A stretch of DNA of 64,000 bases, taken from Tagaea sp. (GTDB taxonomy: Bacteria > Pseudomonadota > Alphaproteobacteria > CACIAM-22H2). Numbering within the stretch: position 1 is the first letter of the stretch; the number at the start of each line of letters is the position of its first letter. Under the pieces are notes generated by a model. It searched no databases. It saw only the letters and a program-made list of their open reading frames with translations, and was not told the origin of the DNA. The stretch is taken from positions 544,001-608,000 of the forward strand of contig CBDIIB010000005.1 of the NCBI GenBank assembly GCA_965279525.1, in the 5' to 3' direction. The position numbers were made by a program, and so were the translations under genes. This document shows, in pieces, positions 61,068-64,000 of the stretch.

Positions 61068-62762
61068 ATCGGCGCGACTTCGATCCTGATCCACCTTGTC
61101 GGTGGTGTTGCCCTGCTGCTGTGGGGCCTGCGCATGGTGCGCACGGGCGTGATGCGCGCGTTCGGCGGCGACCTGCGCGCCGCCATCGGCTCGGCACTGG
61201 GCAACCGCTTCCTCGCCTTCGGCTGCGGGCTTGGCGTGACGGCCCTGCTGCAGAGCTCGACCGCGACGGCGCTGATGACCGCGTCGTTCGCCGCGCGCGG
61301 CTTCGTGGGCACGGCGATGGCGCTGGCCGTCATGCTGGGCGCCGACGTGGGCACGTCGCTGGTCGCACAGCTTGTCTCGTTCAATCTCGCTATCCTGTCG
61401 CCGGTGCTGATCACGGTCGGCGTGGCGCTGTTCTCGAGCACGCTTGCCACGCGCTGGCGCGATCTGGGGCGTGCCGGCGTGGGCCTGGGCATGATGCTGC
61501 TGGCCCTGAAGCTCATCGTGAGCGCGACGCATCCGTTGCGTGACTCCGTCGTCATGCACGAGGTGCTCGCCGCCCTTGCCGACGAACGCCTGCTCGTCGT
61601 GCTGATCGCCGCATGCCTCACCTGGCTCGTCCATTCGAGCCTCGCGATGGTGCTGCTGGCGGTCTCGCTTGCCGATATCGGACTGCTGCCCGTCCCGCTG
61701 GCGCTGACGGTCGTGCTCGGCGCCAACCTCGGCGGCGCCCTGCCCGCGCTGATCGCGACCTGGTCGTCCGACGCCGGGGCGCGGCGCGTGACGATCGGCA
61801 ACGCGGCCTTCCGCGTCATCGGGGTCTGCGTGGCGCTGCCGCTGCTCGGCTATGCGGTCACCTATCTGCCGCTCGTCGAAACCGGCATCGGCCGCCAGAT
61901 CGCCAACTTCCACATGGGTTTCAACCTGGCGCTCGCGTGTCTGTTCCTGCCGCTGGTCGGGCTTGCGGCCAAGCTGCTCGACAGGCTGGTCGTGCCGCGC
62001 GAAGACCCGGCGAACCCGGCGATCGCGCGCTATCTCGACGAGTCCGCGCTGGAATCGCCGAACCTGGCGCTGGCCGCCGCCTCGCGCGAGGTGCTGCGCA
62101 TGGGCGACGCGCTCGAATCGATGCTGCGCGACAGCATCACCGTGTTCAAGACCGACGACCGCAAGCTTGCCGACGAGATCATCAAGCGCGACGACGTGGT
62201 CGACCGGCTGTGCGAGGACGTGAAGCACTATCTATTGCGCATCTCGACCGATTCGATGGGCGAGAAGGACCAGCGCCGCGCGATGGAAATCCTGCAGTTC
62301 GCCACCAACCTCGAGCACGCGGGCGACATCGTCGAGAAGAACCTGATCGAGCTTGCCGTCAAGAAGATGAAGAACCGGCTGCGATTCTCCGACGAGGGCA
62401 TGGCCGAGATCGAGGCACTGCACGTGATGCTGCTCGACACGCTGCGCCTGGCGCTTGCCGTGTTCATCCAGGGCGATGCCAAGATGGCCCGCCAGATGCT
62501 GGCCGAAAAGGTCGAGTTCCGCGAGCGCGAACGCCAGGCGGCGGACATGCACATCGCGCGGCTGCGCGGGCGCAACCCCGACACGATCGAGACCAGCTCG
62601 CTGCATCTCGACGTGCTGCGAGACCTGAAGCGCATCCACTCGCACCTCGTCTCGGTCGCCTACCCGCTGCTCGAGGCGTCGGGCGACCTGCGCCAGAGCC
62701 GGCTTGCGCCCGAGCGCGCGGCCCGCAAGCCCCGCGCCAAGCCCGCCGAAGGCACGTTCTGA
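61068..62762 (+). CDS. Na+/phosphate cotransporter (NptA/YjbB family, PhoU-like C-terminus); start probably ATC
   Basis: LQSSTAT, GADVGT, HSSLA, GANLG, NLEHAGD and ETSSLHLD motifs; GGAGGA RBS 7 nt before ATC-GGC-GCG. Confidence 0.9.
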   Translation: MGATSILIHLVGGVALLLWGLRMVRTGVMRAFGGDLRAAIGSALGNRFLAFGCGLGVTALLQSSTATALMTASFAARGFVGTAMALAVMLGADVGTSLVAQLVSFNLAILSPVLITVGVALFSSTLATRWRDLGRAGVGLGMMLLALKLIVSATHPLRDSVVMHEVLAALADERLLVVLIAACLTWLVHSSLAMVLLAVSLADIGLLPVPLALTVVLGANLGGALPALIATWSSDAGARRVTIGNAAFRVIGVCVALPLLGYAVTYLPLVETGIGRQIANFHMGFNLALACLFLPLVGLAAKLLDRLVVPREDPANPAIARYLDESALESPNLALAAASREVLRMGDALESMLRDSITVFKTDDRKLADEIIKRDDVVDRLCEDVKHYLLRISTDSMGEKDQRRAMEILQFATNLEHAGDIVEKNLIELAVKKMKNRLRFSDEGMAEIEALHVMLLDTLRLALAVFIQGDAKMARQMLAEKVEFRERERQAADMHIARLRGRNPDTIETSSLHLDVLRDLKRIHSHLVSVAYPLLEASGDLRQSRLAPERAARKPRAKPAEGTF

Positions 62763-62883
62763 CCTGAAGCGCCGGCGGCCGGACAGGGCTCCGGCACCTG
62801 CCCCCTCAAGTTGCTCAAACACAATTGTTATGTTCTGATCTGGCCGCCGGAACCCGAAAAAGGGCCGGATGCCGCGGGGTTGC

Positions 62884-64000
62884 ATGAATATTCGTTCGCT
62901 TTCGGCGCGGATCGTCGCTTTCGTCGCCCTGCTCTGCATGCTGACCGGCTTGCTCGTCGCCGGGCTGTCGGCCGCCCAGTCGTATAACCGCCTGCTCCGG
63001 ACGGCCGAGCGCAGCGTCGAGGACATCCGCAACGCGATCGCGAGCGGAATCCGGACCAACATCGCCGACAACGTCGCGGCCCTGCGGGTCGCGACCATCA
63101 ACCCGGCATTGCGCGCGCAGTTTTCCGATCTCTCCAACGCGTTCGCGCAGCTCAACGAAACCGACCGCCGCCAGGTCGTCCAGCGCTTCGCAGGGTCCCA
63201 GGCAGGCCCGTACGAAATGCGCTCGGCCGGCGAGAATGCCGGCACCGGCACGACCTACGACGCGTTCCATGCGGCCTACCATCGCCACTGGCTGCGCTGG
63301 ACGCAGGAAACCGGTGCACCCGACCTGCTATTCGTGGATCGCGCGGGCCACGTCTTCTATTCGGTGCGCAAGCGCGCGGATTTCGGCGTCAACCTCATCG
63401 CCGACATGCCCGACAGCCTCGCCGCAAAGGCGTTCGTCGGCGCGATGGCGTCCAATCCGCCGCACCAGCCGGCCTTTTCCGACATCGCGGCCTATTCGCC
63501 CGGCGGCAGCGACCGCACCGCCATCGTGGCCCTGCCGGTCGTCGACGGTTCCGACCGCGCCGTCGGCGCGGTCTTGATGCTGGTTCCCGACGCGAATTTC
63601 AGCGCCGTGATCCGCTCGGCGCCGGCACTGGGCGACACCGGCGAAGTGCTGATCGTCGGCGAAGACATGGTCCTGCGCAACGAGCCGCGCTTCTCGCCGG
63701 GTTCGGCGCTTTCGCAGCGCATCGCGACGGAAGGCGTGCGCCGGGCGATGGGCGGTGAGACGGGCATCGTCCACTATGTCGACTATCGCGGCGAAAACAC
63801 GATCGCCGCGGTCATGCCCTTCGACATCTACGGCGTGCGCTGGGCGATCGTCGCGAAAAGCGACACGAGCGAGATCGAGCGCCGGATCTACGGGGCGCTT
63901 GCCGTCAACTTCACCGCGGCCCTGCTGCTGAGCATGGCGATCGCCGCAATCGCCGGCCTCTTCGCGCGCGGGATCGGCTCCCCGCTTTCGACCCTGACCG
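62884..64000 (+). CDS. Membrane sensor with periplasmic dCache-like domain (MCP or signalling protein), truncated at window end
   Basis: TM1, YDAFHAAYH, VFYSVRKRADFG, DYRG...RWAIVAK, TM2 and the start of a HAMP (SPLSTLT); open to the window edge. Confidence 0.8.
   Translation, partial: MNIRSLSARIVAFVALLCMLTGLLVAGLSAAQSYNRLLRTAERSVEDIRNAIASGIRTNIADNVAALRVATINPALRAQFSDLSNAFAQLNETDRRQVVQRFAGSQAGPYEMRSAGENAGTGTTYDAFHAAYHRHWLRWTQETGAPDLLFVDRAGHVFYSVRKRADFGVNLIADMPDSLAAKAFVGAMASNPPHQPAFSDIAAYSPGGSDRTAIVALPVVDGSDRAVGAVLMLVPDANFSAVIRSAPALGDTGEVLIVGEDMVLRNEPRFSPGSALSQRIATEGVRRAMGGETGIVHYVDYRGENTIAAVMPFDIYGVRWAIVAKSDTSEIERRIYGALAVNFTAALLLSMAIAAIAGLFARGIGSPLSTLT

Overview
A compact, very GC-rich chromosomal segment from an alphaproteobacterium. 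Gene content and synteny look Rhodospirillales-like, which is an inference. About 65 CDSs, mostly housekeeping: the aa3 cytochrome c oxidase operon (coxB-coxA-ctaB-coxF-ctaG-coxC-DUF983-surf1) running into an M32 carboxypeptidase and thrC; tldD-exoD-uppP; a sigma54-type cyanate ABC transporter with cyanase; a YgiB/YgiC-like pair; a stand-alone EF-G; a PlcP/GT4/DAG-kinase lipid-remodelling trio; pmbA, ubiD, ubiA, rsmE, gshA; an ECF42 sigma/DGPF pair; rsmD, rluB, tadA, purD, xseA; the ftsEX-gmhB-DUF218-plsC operon ending in a CyaC-type ferredoxin adenylate cyclase; zitP, tlpA, argH-lptM-lysA-DUF4175; an orphan fliG; a Na/Pi symporter; and a truncated dCache sensor. I saw no rRNA, tRNA, CRISPR array, integrase or transposase. 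The most unusual signals are: a single-gene AT-rich insert (~29.9-30.8 kb); a secreted 5x21-aa repeat protein; two genes that apparently need non-canonical starts (CTG for DUF983, which also contains a perfect terminator-like hairpin, and ATC for the Na/Pi symporter); Pho-box-like sites that could switch DAG from kinase to glycolipid; a structured, attenuator-like leader on the stand-alone fusA; and 7 of 11 convergent gene pairs sharing 4-bp overlapping stop codons. No single multi-gene novel system is clearly evident. Product calls come from motif recognition only, with no database search.
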